Below are positions 39,416 through 53,819 of a stretch of DNA of 64,000 bases, in pieces (the stretch's first letter is position 1; every line of letters begins with the position of its first letter). A program made the position numbers and the translations under genes. This DNA is from the human T2T-CHM13v2.0 reference genome, Homo sapiens: assembly GCF_009914755.1 (NCBI RefSeq), contig NC_060938.1; one strand, 5' to 3'. The notes beneath the pieces are model-generated. The model worked only from the letters and a program-made list of their open reading frames with translations. It was not told the origin of the DNA and made no database searches.

Positions 39416-42122
39416 GGACCACCTGGTCCCTCCCTAGCAGCTTCTGTGGTGGTTTCTCGTCATCTCCCACCATTGTCCCAGCAAATAAATACTATGACCC
39501 AACAACTCACCATGTGCCAGAAACATTTCCTGTATGTCAGTCAACTCATTACATTCTCACCAGGGCCCTAAGAAAGAAGCCCAGTGATCAATTCCATTTG
39601 ACCAAGGAAGAAAGTAAGACATAGAGAGGTCAAGTTCTTCGGCCAGGGCCACGTAGCTTATTAATGGAGTTGCTGGGACTTGAACCCAGCCAGTCTGACC
39701 CCAGGGCCTTTTCTTATACCGAGACCTTGGCATTCCAGGTGAGGCTCCTGCTCACCAGTGTTAGACAATCTCTGACCTGTTGTGTCAGCTCCAAGTGTTT
39801 ACTGGTGTAAATGTTTCTTCTCCTCATCCCCAGAAGGAGTTAAATGAGACAGAAGTCCTCCTCGTAATCCTCTCGGTGCTCCTGTAGCTGGGACAATGTG
39901 TGATGCACAGAACACTTATAAGTGTCTGTTAGTGATGAGTGAATTGGGGGAGGCTGTGGTCCTTCCCTGAAAAGGTGAACCAATTAAAACTCAAAATCAC
40001 CTTAGCAAGATACCAAAGTGCAGAATTTCAGTGGTCCCAGCCCCTCTGGAAGCCCCTGGAAGCTTATTTTCATTCTGAATAGACCTCCTTTGCTTTGCCT
40101 CACAGAGAGTGCTTCCATTCAACCAGTAATTAGTGTCTCTAAGTGGAATCTACTTAAGAAAGGACACAAAGCCTGAGAAAGTTGTATTATGCCATTTATA
40201 AATGTCCGGTGATCTGCTGCTGCACTGTGATTCACGGAGCTGAAATAAATGATTTGCTTCAAAAAAAAATTATGAACGTTCATTCCGCTGGTAGAATCTC
40301 TTAATTCCCGTTACACATGTCAGCATATTATGACTGGAAGCTGTCAGGTTCTAATGACTAAAATTTCATTTTTCAGACTTCTCACACTGTGTGTGAGGAC
40401 TATAAGTTAGAAATATCTCTGCAGCTAAGTGTCTTCCTCATCTGGTAAATTTAGCTCTTTCTTTCTTTTCTATTTATTTTTTAAGTGTCCATGTTTACAT
40501 GAATACCTTGAGTAAACTAATCTCATGCTTCATTCAATAAACGAGGAGGTCTACTACTATGGTGCTTTTCTTCCCAAAGCTGCTGTCCTTTTTATGGGAC
40601 ATAATGTGTCTTGACAGCTGACAGATTCAATGCAAAATTATTTTTACTTGGCAGAGTGGATCAAAATATGGATTATTTTAAAGAACATTAGCACTTTTTT
40701 GTTTAAAGTAAAATATATTGTTTATGCTTTGTATGGATAAACAACCTTGACATTGGCTGTAACTTGTTTTATTATCCTTGAAATGGAAATTTGTTGACAC
40801 GATATTCAATAAATAGAAATACTTCGGTCCTGTTCACTTAACTCGCATACTATACTAAATAGGAATTATTGATCCTCCAGTTATTACACTTGTTCCTGAA
40901 ATGCTCTGTGGAGGGCAGGAAAACCAACTTCCAATTCAGGTTGTTAATAGATTGGTCGCAAAATTTATGTTATCCATGTCCAACAAATCACTAATAAAAG
41001 CTTATAAGAGGCTAGATCATCTGCATTGAATTACTCATTCTTCCCCCCATAAAAAGCCTTTAGCTAGAGACTGACCAAAGAATTTAAAATCTCTCATTAT
41101 CTATAAGTCATTGCTCAAAGTGTCCCTAAATGGGATTAAAGCATCGCTGCTCAGATTTCCTACAATGACTGCCCTCTTCTACTTCCACCTTGACTTAAAT
41201 TAAAGGCTAATGATATGTTTCCAGAGGAAAGAAAGAGATAGCTTTTCCTTGAACGACTTTCCAGGACTCCAGCATCTAATCTGTTACGGAATAGCTGCTA
41301 TGCCATGGTGGCCGACTGCATCTGTTTTTCTGGGAATATGGTCCAGGTCTAAGTGGGTCTGGTGACCACGTTGTCATCTCCATACAGCTGGTCAACTCAG
41401 TGCAGGAGGAAACGGGACGTAAGCACCGTGCACCATCCAGGGGCTGTTCTCTACCTTTGTTTACTGCCACTGCAAGGATGTGTGCTTCAGGTGCTGCTTT
41501 GAATACTCAGGGGCAGTCAATGCAAATGTTCCCTCCACTCAGTCTCCTTCCCTCCCACCCTCCTTTCTTTTTCTTTTTTTCTTTCTTTCTATCCATAAGC
41601 ATTTATGGAGCACCAACCATGCACCAAACTCAGTACCAGGCACTGGGACCCCCAGACGGATCGGGCTTCCTGGTGCTCAAGCAGGTCTTGGTCTCCTGGG
41701 GGCTCAGACCAGCCCATGTACTCAGACTTTTGTGTGGCATGACAGTGTGGGTGGTGGCAGGATGCCCAGTGGGAAAGGCCCAGGCCAGGCATGCTGCTGG
41801 CCTGCCTAGTGACTCCTGTCTTTACCCATAAGCACCTGGAGCCTGCTGAGGATTAACTGTGAATGAGTGACCATCACACTGTAGGCCCTCAATAACGGAT
41901 CAGTGTTATTATAAGGCTGTCCTAGAGGTGCGTACCAGGGGCTATGACTTCTTTACATGAGGCAGCCAGGAAAATTTCACAGATGAATGAGAAAGCCAAT
42001 CAGAAGCAGGAGAAAACTGGGCTATAGAAGACCCTGGTTTGACTATATTTCATGGGGATAGAATGAATTGAAATGAAGTGAAATAGAAATAAAAACAAAA
42101 CCATTTGAGTAGGAGTGAGAAA

Positions 42123-42402
42123 GCAGTTGCAAATACCCCTAGTGTCGAGGCAGGTATTGCACGTGAACATTGCAGACAGGCCACGAGGGGAAGCGATGCA
42201 ACCTCAAAGGCTAGAAGGTTCTTACCCATGGTTGCCAGATTTGATTCCTTCAAAAGAAGCCCCACATCTGGCTTAGGATGCCAGATCTCCAAATGTTTAA
42301 GGGAAGAAATCTATTTAAAACCTTTTAAAGACACCATGCATGATACACCAAATGTATCTTCAGGTCACATAAAGATTGTGGCCAAGCTAATGTCTGCCTC
42401 TT
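42123..42402 (+). mobile_element. MER102-like hAT-Charlie fossil
   Basis: GTTGCAAA...GGCAGGTA...GTTGCCAGAT...CAAAAGAAGCC. Confidence 0.45.
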
Positions 42403-43597
42403 GTCTGGACATACCGATTTTATTCTTTCATTCAAAAACGACTTGCTGGTACTTATCATAACAAGTCAGTAGAAACAGTATTAGTATTCATACCAAAGAA
42501 GGCGGTATTTGAATCTGAGCTCCAGTACCTAATTAGCTGTCTGACTTTGGGTCTGTTACTCAGCCTCAACTATAAAATGATGGTTTTCATACCTGCCTTA
42601 CATGTTGTTAAGAAGATTCAACCAGCTTATGCGGGTGAAATTCCTGATACAGGGCCTGGTGCACTGTGTATACTTCACAGAGTTTTTCCTTCAACTTAAG
42701 GGGTAAAAGAACAAGTTGGAACGAGCCAAGGAGTGACCAGGTGTGTCAGAGGCAGCAACAGGTTGGATCAGGGAACAAGTGCAGAAGGAGTGAACCCAGG
42801 CTTGACCAAGGAAGGCTTTTTGGGCTTCTCCTTCTCAGCAAGGGTGTGAAATGAAGTCTAGCCAGTTTGGAAAGAATAGCTCCAGATGCTCTTCAGGGTC
42901 AGGAGTGATTTTGATCCGTGGTGACCCATTCAGGTGGAGCAGATAGACTCATTTATTCACATGCACAAGCCTGGTGTTTCAGATCCTGATCTGACAGAAA
43001 GGCCAGTCTCGTAGGAGATGCCTGTGAGGCCAACAGGGGCAGTTTGGTGTTAGCATCTTGAGCCAGGATGCCCAGAGTGACCCTTTCCCTTAGTTAGGGT
43101 GACTTAGTCAAAGAAGACAGACATCTGGTCTGTGTGAGGTTAGGTTTTAAAAACAAGTTCCATGTATGTCTTGTTTACAAAACAAATTGTGCCCATCATT
43201 GTAGAAAATCCGGGAAATGCAGACAAATGTAGAGAAGAACACAAAAATCACAACTAGCTACATCCTTGGCATTTCCATGTTGATCCTGCCAATCCTTTTA
43301 CTTTGCCTTTCTAGGTCAATTACATTGAGTGGGCCCTTTTTCTGGCCTGGGTAAGCATGATGTGGCTTTCAGAAGAAGCACCAGTCTGCAATCCAAAGAG
43401 GAAATGGAAAATCTTTCTAAATGCTTGGCTTCTGTCTCCCCAAGGCTCCTCTCCCCACTCCCGACACCAGGCCTCTCCTGTCTCCCTCTCTCTCCCACCC
43501 CTGCCCTTTCTCCTTCCCACCTCCCCAAACTGGATTAGAAACCCAGGTCCTTTGAACTGTGCTCATTTTCATCCTATTCTCTTCAGTCACTCTCTGT

Positions 43598-43785
43598 TAG
43601 GGTGGCCAGATCAAATCTAGGATGATCAGTTAAATTTGAATCTCAGACACATCATGAAAAACTTTTTGTATAAGTTTATCCCATTGAACACTTGAGATAT
43701 ACTAAAACATATTCATTGTTTATCTGAAATTCAAGTTGGACTGGGTATCCTGTATTTTTATTTGCTAAAACTGCCTGGCTACCTC
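43598..43785. mobile_element. MER53 palindromic MITE
   Basis: TAGGGTGGCCAGAT...CAGTTAAATTTGAATCTCAGA / TCTGAAATTCAAGTTGGACTGGGTATCCTGTATTTTTATTTGCTAAA inverted arms. Confidence 0.8.
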
Positions 43786-43938
43786 ACACGGAAATCAAAC
43801 AAGCCCACCTTGACTTACTTTTGCCCCAATCTTTACAATGAGGTCGAGGAATAAAGAAATTGAGCCATGAAAGTCAAACTGCCCCTTGGAAGGCTTGGTT
43901 GGACTGGGATAGAAAGGGAGCACACTATTTATTTGTTC

Positions 43939-44021
43939 ATATATATATATATATAAAAATAATGTGTATATTCCCACATATTTCTTTCATGAAAGTTGGT
44001 TGTATGTGTGTATGTGCACAT

Positions 44022-44052
<31 letters not shown>
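43939..44052 (+). repeat. (TA)n and (CA)n microsatellites
   Basis: Directly visible. Confidence 0.85.
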
Positions 44053-44053
<1 letters not shown>

Positions 44054-44236
44054 GCATCATTATTTTTTCAGTAATCAGCATATTATATACCATTAAATAT
44101 CTGGGGGAACAATCATTTTCTAAAAACCACCTAAGCTGTAATTAATATGGAAATAAACTTACTCTAATTATTAGACATTTTCACTATTTTCATTTATTTA
44201 AATTATACATATTGCTGCAGTAAACATTCCTGTAAC

Positions 44237-44536
44237 TTTTTCTTCTGTTTTTGAGACAGAGTCTTGCTCTGTTGCCCAGGCTGGACTGCAGTGGTGCAGT
44301 CTTGGCTCACTGCAACCTCCACTTCTAGGGTTCAAGTGATTCTCTTGCCTCAGCCTCCCAAGTAGCTGGGATTATAGGCACCTGTCACCAAGCACAGCTA
44401 ATTTTTTTGTATTTTTAGTAGAGATGGGGTTTCACCATGTTGGGCAGGCTGTTTTCGAACTCCTTACCTCAAGCGATTCACCCACCTCGGCCTCCCATAG
44501 TGCTAGGATTACAGGTGTGAGCCACCGCGCCTGGCC
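44237..44536 (-). mobile_element. Alu (AluS)
   Basis: Antisense Alu; TSD TGTAACT. Confidence 0.96.
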
Positions 44537-45061
44537 ATGTAACTATATTTTTATCTAAACATTTGATTTTTTTTGTAGCTACCTTCATAGGAATAAAATT
44601 ACTGAGAAAAATTGGATAAATATTTTAAGCTTCTTGAACATACTACCTCTGGAGGGTTACTTGTGCTTCTTGCATCAGTGAATATTTCTACTGATCACTG
44701 CAAGATGCCAGCATGCAAGCTCAAAGGGAGGATCCCCTTCCTCATGGAGTAGAGTCCAGTAAACCTCCCAACACTGGTGAACAAAGGCTCCCGTCTCACC
44801 ATCCCTCTCCAAAGTAACCAAGAACAAAATACCAACTCCTTATTGTTTTAACTTTCTGGTTTGTATCACTGTGACCTTACACAGTAGAAGGGTGAGGGAT
44901 CTCACTTTGATGTAAAACATTTCGAAGTCTAAGATTACTCACATTTTTTTCTTTTATAAATAATCTGTTCACCCTACTACCATCTCCATAATTTTGTAAA
45001 ATATTTTTTCAAATGCTAATGAATCAATGAATGGATTTGATTTATTTAGCCTTTTATATAG

Positions 45062-45559
<498 letters not shown>

Positions 45560-45606
45560 TAAACTTTTATCTGGCCAGGTGTACTGACCAATTTTGTGAA
45601 GGGTTT

Positions 45607-45960
45607 TTTCTTAGTCCGTTTGGGCTGCTACAACGAAACGTCATAAACTTACAAACAAAATTAATTCATTTCTTACAATTTTGGAGGCTGAGAAGTCCAA
45701 GATCAAGACTCAGACAGATTTGGTGTCTTGAAGAGCTCTCTTCCTGGTTCACAGAAGGCCACCTCACTGTAACCTTACATGGTAGAAAGGTGAGAGATCT
45801 CTCTAGTATCTCTTTTAAAAGGACACGAATCTCATTCATGACGGTGGAGTCTTCAGGGCCCAGTCACTTTCTAAGGGCCCAACTTCCTAATACCATCACT
45901 TTGAGAGTGAGGATATCAACATGTGAATTTTGCAAGGGCATAAACATTCAGATCATAGCA
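45607..45960 (-). mobile_element. MLT1A MaLR solo LTR
   Basis: CTTAGTCCGTTTGGGCTGCTA...AAGTCCAAGATCAAG...AAACATTCAGATCATAGCA. Confidence 0.85.
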
Positions 45961-46379
45961 GGTTATACCACGTGTTTTACATTTAGGGAGTCTTTTTACT
46001 GGCCCAGAATTTATTTCAGTATTCATCCACGTTTTCCACAAGTCCTACTATTTATTTATTTTAACTTTAATTTAAATATCACCTACCTTAGGTAGAAGTT
46101 TTCCTTTGTGTAATATAATATAAAACCGACATTTCTTGGGGGCATAATAGTAAAGATGTTAACATTTTTTGGTTCTTTTTGGATGCTGTATTTGTGCTTC
46201 TTCTGAAAGTGATGTGTGCCAAGATGGCTCATGTAACCCAGTTTTGACTAGGCTATTGATATTCTGTCTGGTTAATTTATTGAACTGGCTTAAAGCTATA
46301 CATATTTTCTTTTAGTTAACTATGTAAGATATTCTAGATATATTGTCTACTGATTCATAATATCACTGGTAATGGATGA

Positions 46380-48217
46380 TTAATGAGTACTCTTCTTCTT
46401 TGTATAACTTGAATTTATTTTTTCCTGTCTTATAAAATATCTGGAATGTACAAAACAATGCCAAGGATGAATGGTTGGGGCTGGAGCCCTTGTCCTTGTC
46501 CTAACTTGAATGGGAATGTATCTGGAATACAAGCATTGCATATTATACAGACTTTTGTTTAAACGCTTCAAAATATATATATTTTAAGAAATGGATGTTG
46601 AATTTATAAAATTTATTTTGGCTTCTACGAAGATGGAATCATTTATATAGTTTATTTCAACGTTGACATCTTAATGTGATGTGATGAATTAATCGATTGC
46701 TAATATTACGCCTTCCTTATATTCTTAATAAAATACCTGGGATTCTCTTAATGTGTATGTGAATTCAGTTAGCTAGTATTTGATTTAGGATAATGCCTGT
46801 GTTCTCATGAGTAATTTAGATACCTGGTTTTCTTTTTTGTCCCATCCATTGCTAGCTTTTGATATGGGTGTAAAGTGTCTTTATAATATGAATGAAAGAT
46901 TTTTACATTATTATGTGTGCTCTGGATTAAATCATAAGTAATAATAATTGTCTATTATTCGAAGTTATATAGAACTAGCAAAATTACTTGGCCTAGGAGT
47001 CTTTTGGGGATATAATTATGTTAAAGATTTTTTTCCATATTTTCCCCATGGCTATAGGTTTACAAAAGTTTTCTAATTCTTCTTGGACAAATTTTTATTA
47101 TTTCAACTTTCCGGAATTTTCCAATTCTGGAACCAAAGAACAGAATCTATGCAACAAAAAATTAAACAGTAAATAGAAAACTATCTATCTCATTAGATTT
47201 TCTTTACATATGTCTTTATGTAGGACTGCACATCTGTATTTCTAATTTATAAACTTATATTGTATCTAATTTCCCACATCCAATATGCATATTTATTTGT
47301 GACATTATTAATTTGGATTTAATAGTGGTTTATTTGTTGTGTTGTACATTTCTAAATACCAGCTCTTACATTTATTTATTAACACTATTTTCTCAGTCTA
47401 TAATTAATTTATATATGATTTAACTGCATTTATTTTTTAGTTTCCCTTGTCATTAGATTTATTTTGCTCTTCTTGAGATGGTTTGTTTGTAAGCTATATA
47501 TTTTTTTAATGTGATATTTTAATTTTTCAATTGTAGTTTTTCTTACTGTACTTACTGAACCGATTTGGACTTAATTCTTATGTTTAGTATTTAGTAGTTG
47601 TGATCTACACTTATTACTATTTGTCCTGAACCATGCTTTCTCTCTTCTTGAATTGTTTATTTTGATTAATTACTGAGTCATTTCAAGTATATCTGCAATC
47701 CCATTTTTTAACATGAGTATAGTGGTAGTATACTTTTTTTTATTTTTGCATAGCTGAGTGTCTTTCTTTTTCCTTTACAAATCATCCCTTTGGTGTAAAA
47801 TTATTGAGTAATTTTCTTCTCAAAACTCGTTAGACTGTATTTCACTTTACTCTTGATATGAACAATTTTGAAGTCTGAGATTACCCACATTTTTTTCTTT
47901 TGTAAATAATCTGTTCATCCTACTGCCATTCTCACAATTTTTAAAAATAGTTTTTCCCCAGAGATTCAAAATTCTTTTCAGACAGGAGTTTCTTTAGAAA
48001 ATGGTTGTTTGGAATAATTTGAGCCCTTCTGAGGAACGAACTCAGATATTTTCAGCTCTGAATTCTTCTCGATATATTTGATTAACCAGTTACTCTGTTG
48101 GCCCTGGTCATGTCCTCTGAAATGTCAGCTCTCTTCACACACTGCCTCTTTACTGTGTCTTCCATATCTTCATCTTCTCTCACATAAGTTGTATCTCTGT
48201 GTCTTCTTTCTCTAAAT
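46380..48217 (-). mobile_element. Old L1 (L1ME/L1M5-like) fragments
   Basis: T-rich degenerate L1 (CCTTGTCCTTGTCCTAACTT, AAATGGATGTTGAATTTAT, GAATTCAGTTAGCTAGTATTT); boundaries approximate. Confidence 0.6.
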
Positions 48218-48430
48218 TAAGCATCAGGAAACATTTTCTGTGAAAGGTTAAATAAAAAATATTTTCAGCTTTCTGGGGCATAAGTCTCTGGTGCAATTAC
48301 TCAGCTCAGCCTTTGAAATACAAAAGCAACACATAAACAAATGAGTATAGCTGTGTTCCAATAAAACTTTATTTACAAAAACCAGTGGTGGGACAGATTA
48401 AGCTTATAGACTGTAGTTTTCTGATTTTGC
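48218..48430 (+). mobile_element. MER58A hAT-Charlie element
   Basis: AAACATTTTCTGTGAAAGG...GCTGTGTTCCAATAAAACTTTATTTACAAAAAC; TSD-like TCTAAATT / TCTAAATA. Confidence 0.85.
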
Positions 48431-49474
48431 TCTAAATACCTGGAAGCCTTCTTGTTTGCTTTCTATTTACTGATTTAATTTTCTGCTGTATAGATTCTGT
48501 TCTTTGGTTCTCTAGACCAGTACCATGTGAAGATTGAGTGTGCAGGCTTAGGCTGCTTGAGCTTAAATCTCACCTGTTCCATTTAGTAGTTTTTTTGAGT
48601 TGGCCAAGATATTTAACTGCTCTGTGTGTCCCAGTCTCCTTATCAAAAAGCCAATGTGGAGACGTGTTTGAAGATTTGACTGAGCTAATAGATGTAAACT
48701 GCATAGAACAATGTCTGAGACTGTGTTAGCTCCCGGTAAGTATGAGCTATTATTGATTCTTTCATAATTTCTTTCAGATCCCTTCCTAAATTTCAGGCTT
48801 CATTTGAACCTGCTACGTTAAAAATAGTTTATTTCTTATTATGCCTCTTTTTTTATGTATTTTATTATATTTTAGAAAGAACACAAAGCAAATACCTCAT
48901 AAAATGTTTTCCGTTTTTGACAACAAATCCCTTTCTCTGGTATGCTCTTCATCTATGTGTTTACAATGCTGGTTCCCATTTTTATACTTGCTTTGGGCAT
49001 GGTTTGCTTTTATTTATGTTTATTATTATTTAAATAAGGATTGAGTTTCTCCTCACTATTATTTTTACTATTTTCAAAATAATCTTCTTGGATTTTAATC
49101 CAGAGGCCACATTGAAATGTAAAGTGTGTTGACAAATTTCAGGTATAATGCAGGTAAATGATCCTGTCAGACTCTGGCCTCAATTCAGTTTTCCTGGATA
49201 AAATTTTGCCCTGGGATTATTTGAGAAATCTATGACTCTTCTTATTTGAATTACATGCTGTCAAATTCATTGCTCCCAGTGCTTGTCTTGGAGTTTTCTT
49301 GAGTTTGTGCTTTCCTTATGTCTTAGTATGCAGAGTCCTCTTAGCTTTGATTCTTACTCCTCTTCATTATTTGGCAATGAGGAGTTTTAGCCTTCTAAAT
49401 GGCTGCAGAAGAGGAAGGTATCAACGAGCAGACGTGAAACTGGGGGTAGTTCTGCAGGTTACAAAAGTACCCAA

Positions 49475-49792
49475 GGCCCGGTGCAGTGGCTCATGCCTGT
49501 AATCCCAGCACTTTAGGAGACTGAGGGGGGCGGATCCCTTGAGCACAGGAGTTTGAGACCATCCCGGGCAATGTGGCAAAACCCTACCTCTACAAAAAAT
49601 ACAAAAATTATCTGTGCATAGTGGCACCTGCCTGTAGTCCCAGCTACTTGGGAGGCTGAGGTGGGAAGGTGGGAGGATCACTTGAGCCTGATAGGTGGAG
49701 GTTGCAGTGAGCCAAGATGGTGCCACTCAACTCAAGCCTGGGTGACAGAGTGAGAACCTGTCTCCAAAATAAATAAATAAATAAATAAATAA
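49475..49792 (+). mobile_element. AluJ with (TAAA)n tail
   Basis: GGGAGGATCACTTGAGCCTG (AluJ-type); TSD AAAAGTACCCAA / AAAGGTACTCAA. Confidence 0.95.
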
Positions 49793-51269
49793 AGGTACTC
49801 AAAAGGGTAGACATTATCACCAGGACTTATAATCAGTGGTTCAGCCACCAAGGTGCTAAAGGGATCTGCAGATTGCATAGCTGGAAATTTTCTCCTGTCT
49901 TCTTCTGCTAGTCAAGTTGTTTTTCTTCAGAATTCACCCATGAGTCACTGACAATCTTTTCTTGGTCACCTCTAAAATAGAGAGCGGGCACTTTATCTTT
50001 GAGATGGCTTTGTTTCCAGTGGCCATAATTGCTTTGGTATTTCGGTGTTTATGTGTGTTTCAACAGCACAGAGGGGCAAGCTAACTCAGGCAGAACTCCA
50101 TGGCCTCCAGCAAATTCCCAGTATGTGATTCTTGGTAAGACAAAAATTGAATGGAAAGAACATGTGCTTTGGAATCAAGCACATTTAGCAGGTTATGAGG
50201 CTGATTCTGTCAGTTCACTGCATGACTTTGAGGAAATCATCCACCTCTTTAAACTTGATTCATCTTCAGTATAAAAGTTGGGATCACAGTGTCTACACTC
50301 GTGCTGTTGTAAATATTTAATACAATATAATAGTAAAGGTCCAAGCAGAGATGCTCATTAAATATTGTCAGTATTGATCCTTTTGCCATATGCTGGTATC
50401 TACAGAGAGAGGAAACTTTTGTTTCTTTTTTTTTTTAAGTCTATAGAAGTTTGTTGTGTAGACAAAGATTATTTATAATATGAAAGACTCATTTGTCCAT
50501 CTGTAAGCATTAATATGAGCAAAAATACATTAGACTAAACCCTATAGAGTTAGTGGTATTTGATATTTTTACCACTAGCAATGGTAATGCCATATGGTTC
50601 AAATAAACGTAAGCAATTCATATTTATCTGTGTGTTTCTAGAATTGTTTTATTGAATGAATAAAATGGCATAATTCACTTAAAAAATCCAGAGCATGTGG
50701 TTACGCTAAACCTTAGGTTGCCATATAAGTAGCATGTGTGAGAATTTCTTTGAATGTAATGAGACCTAGAATGAATGTGTAATTCCTCTGAAATGAAGCT
50801 TCAGGAATATTTTTGGGAGTCTGTGGCTGAATGGACAAAACATAGCCTGTGGTTGAATTCAGACTCCACTACATATGTGGATGAATGGCACTGGGCACGT
50901 TCCTTACCCTCACTGAGCCTCCGAGTCCTCATTCATTCAATAAATGCTGCCACTTAGGCCTGCTTTAGGGATTGAGAGAAAATATTTCAAGGTCTAGTTC
51001 AGTGTCTGATCTGTAGCAGGGGCTTAGTAAAGGGCTATGACGCTACAGCACATTTTCTTGGTCATTGTAATGGCAGAGACTTTGTAGAGAAAGAGGAGCA
51101 GGTATTTTGGTGTCTTTAGAAACCACCCATAAGGTGAGAAAAAAAAATTGGTTCCTGGCACAAGAGAATTGAAAGAGTTCTTTCTAGGCCTCCCAGTGAT
51201 AGATGAGGCCACGGCATTGTGAAAACTGTCCACTCTAAAGGGTAGGGTTGAGGTGTGAGGTAGACAACT

Positions 51270-51838
51270 TGTAAGGTGATTTCCAAGATCTCTGCCTCCT
51301 GGTATTCACATCCTTGTGTGAGCACCTCTCTTGAACGTGGGCTGGACCTAGTGACCCACTTCTAGTTAACAGGATATGTGAAAAGGGAAGGGATATCATT
51401 TCTGAGATTAGTTTATAAAAGATATGACTTCTGTCCTGAGTGCAACCTGTCTCCTGTTGTTTCCTTGCTTGCTTACAAGGATGAATCCTCCTGTCCTGTT
51501 GGGACCTGCCCTATGGAGAGGGCCATAGGACAAGCAAATGGGGATGATTCCCAGCTGGTGAAGAACTGAGACCTTTAGTCCAGCAGTCCTTGTGGAGCTG
51601 ATTCCTGCCAGCAACCACGTGAGTGTGCTCAGAAGCAGATTCTGTTCCCAGTTAAGCCTTAGATGCCTGCAGCCCTTGATAACACCTTGGCTACCTTCTG
51701 CGGGAGACCCTGAAACAGAAGACTCAGTTAAGCTGTGCCCAAATATTCCTGACCTATGAAGCTGTGGGGCAATACATACTAGTTGCTTTCATTCAGCCAC
51801 TATGCTTAGGGAGAATTTATGTGGCAACAAATGACATG
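51270..51838 (+). mobile_element. MLT1F/G-like MaLR LTR
   Basis: CCTCCTGGTATTCACATCCTTGTG...GGGCTGGACCTAGTGAC...ATTCCTGCCAGCAACCACGTGAG. Confidence 0.8.
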
Positions 51839-53819
51839 AGGTATGTGTGGAAACAGAAACAATCCTTTTGTGTTGCTGTGGAGGTACAAGGTACCTGCTG
51901 TAGAGGCAGTCAGGATACAGCGTGGCTCTGAGACCTTCTTTCCTGGCAAACAGCTGGTGGAAGTCGAGAAAAGGGATCTCGCTGGGGTGGATGTTCCTGC
52001 GGCCTGGACATCAAGATCTGTCATGTAACATAAATCAGAGAAGATCAATGCTGCAGTTGTAGGGAGCTTTGCAGCACCATTTCCACCATGATGGACCTCA
52101 AACTTCTCTTCTATGGGATACATGGTTAGAAAACCACAGCTATGGAGGAGGAAGAGGGCAATAGAACCGTTTCTTGGAAGTGATGCCTCTCAAAGCCTAA
52201 TTCTCTCAAGTCAAGCTAAGTCCCCATTCCTTCTGGTTTGTCTCCACCTTTCTCCTCTGCAGAGCAGGCTGCACAGGCATGGTCCCCCCCACATGCAGAC
52301 ATACCTCATTCCTCAGGTCTGCCCTGTTACCAGTTTTGTCGTGCATCTCGTGCTAAACTTACTTCTCAAATGGAAAGCTGCCTCAAGGGCAGGGTGGCAC
52401 GGTGGAGAGGGCAGGGGCTCTGCATCTGACCTGTCTGACATCTGATCTTGGCCCTACTGGTTACTTGCTGGGCAGTCTTGGCGAATTTGTTTAATCTTTT
52501 TGAACTCTGGACTCATCAGCAAGAAAAAGGGAATGATAATATGTACTTTACAGGGCGGTTCTGAAAATTAAGCCAGACAAAGTGCTTGGGACGAGAGCCT
52601 GGGACGTTCTGACAGCAGTGTGGTTGTGGCTCGTGTCTGTGTTATTTTTCTGATTGTCTCCATGCAGGGTCACAGTAGGATTCACATGGGGTCACTTAGG
52701 CTCTGCCCTGGCCGGCAAACACTGCACTCATAGGTCCCCTCCTCAGAGCTCTCCAGCCCCAGGACAGATTGGGGGTGATATCAGGCAGGAGGACTGTGCT
52801 GGGATGTGACCCACTGGGAGGCCTCCATGTGGGACAGAGCCAGAGGCAGCACCTGGGCCGTGACACCAGTGCCTGGGGACGTGGTTTGCCTGGGAGCCAG
52901 GTGGAGCTGATCCTCCTTCTGGTGGGTGCTCTGTGCCTGAGGCATAGCTGGGCTGCAGGGGGTGGAGGACTCCTCATTCTGTCACTGCCACTCACAGGGC
53001 CTGGAGAGCTGTGTCTGTTTCTGGAACCTCTGAATCACAGCCTCCTTGGGTTCTTCTGAAGGCACATTGCACCTTCTAGAAGGGTATGACTCAGAAGGAA
53101 AGAGAGAAAAACCTCTACTGGCAAGAGGAAATGGCTGCAGTGTTTACTTTATCTGAAAATGGCACACGCTTTTATTAAGACATAAATGCCAGTGATGGAT
53201 TCTGCTCTTGGCGTGTGGCTGTGCTCCCCAGCCCTGAGGTGAGATGGTCAGGAGATGTGAGACCCTACAGAGAAAATATTTACCATGCTGAGCTGTCATG
53301 AGACAGAGTAAGTGGGCAGAGGGCAGCTGGTTCCTTTGACCACCTCATTCTAGGGAAAATAAACAGGGACCCTGGAGCAGTCACTAACAGAGGGGAGCAA
53401 GTATCCTCTCTCTGCAGTAGAATCTCTGAAAATTCGGATAACGTTAATTGTGCCACTGTGGTGGCAGTGCAAGAAATTCCTGTTCATCCCGCTGCAATGA
53501 TGATTAAGGTAACAAACACCCAGTCGGGAAGTCAGGCTCCGGCCCTGGAGAATAGTTGAGGATCGCCTGTAGCATATTGTTCCACTCTGCTGGCATCCTA
53601 ACTAGACAGCTTTAGTTTTAGCATAAAATCCATATTCCAGACCTTTATGGAGCAGAGAGGCAAACTCCAATGCTGCCGTTGCAAGCATCAAACAGCATTA
53701 GAATGAATTAAGGAGATTTAAGACTCTCGATGCTGTCGGGGCTCTTCTCCATCCCCTCTGTTTTCTCCAAGGAGCTGTTTTAAAGGCGTGGGGGGCAAAT
53801 TGGAAGAAGGGAGTGGGAA

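Noticed and set aside
43598-43785. MER53 hairpin as a miR-1302-family precursor (also the half copy at 60335)
   Set aside because: The mature-like TTGGGACATACTTATGCTAAA segment is deleted or diverged, and the second copy has only one arm
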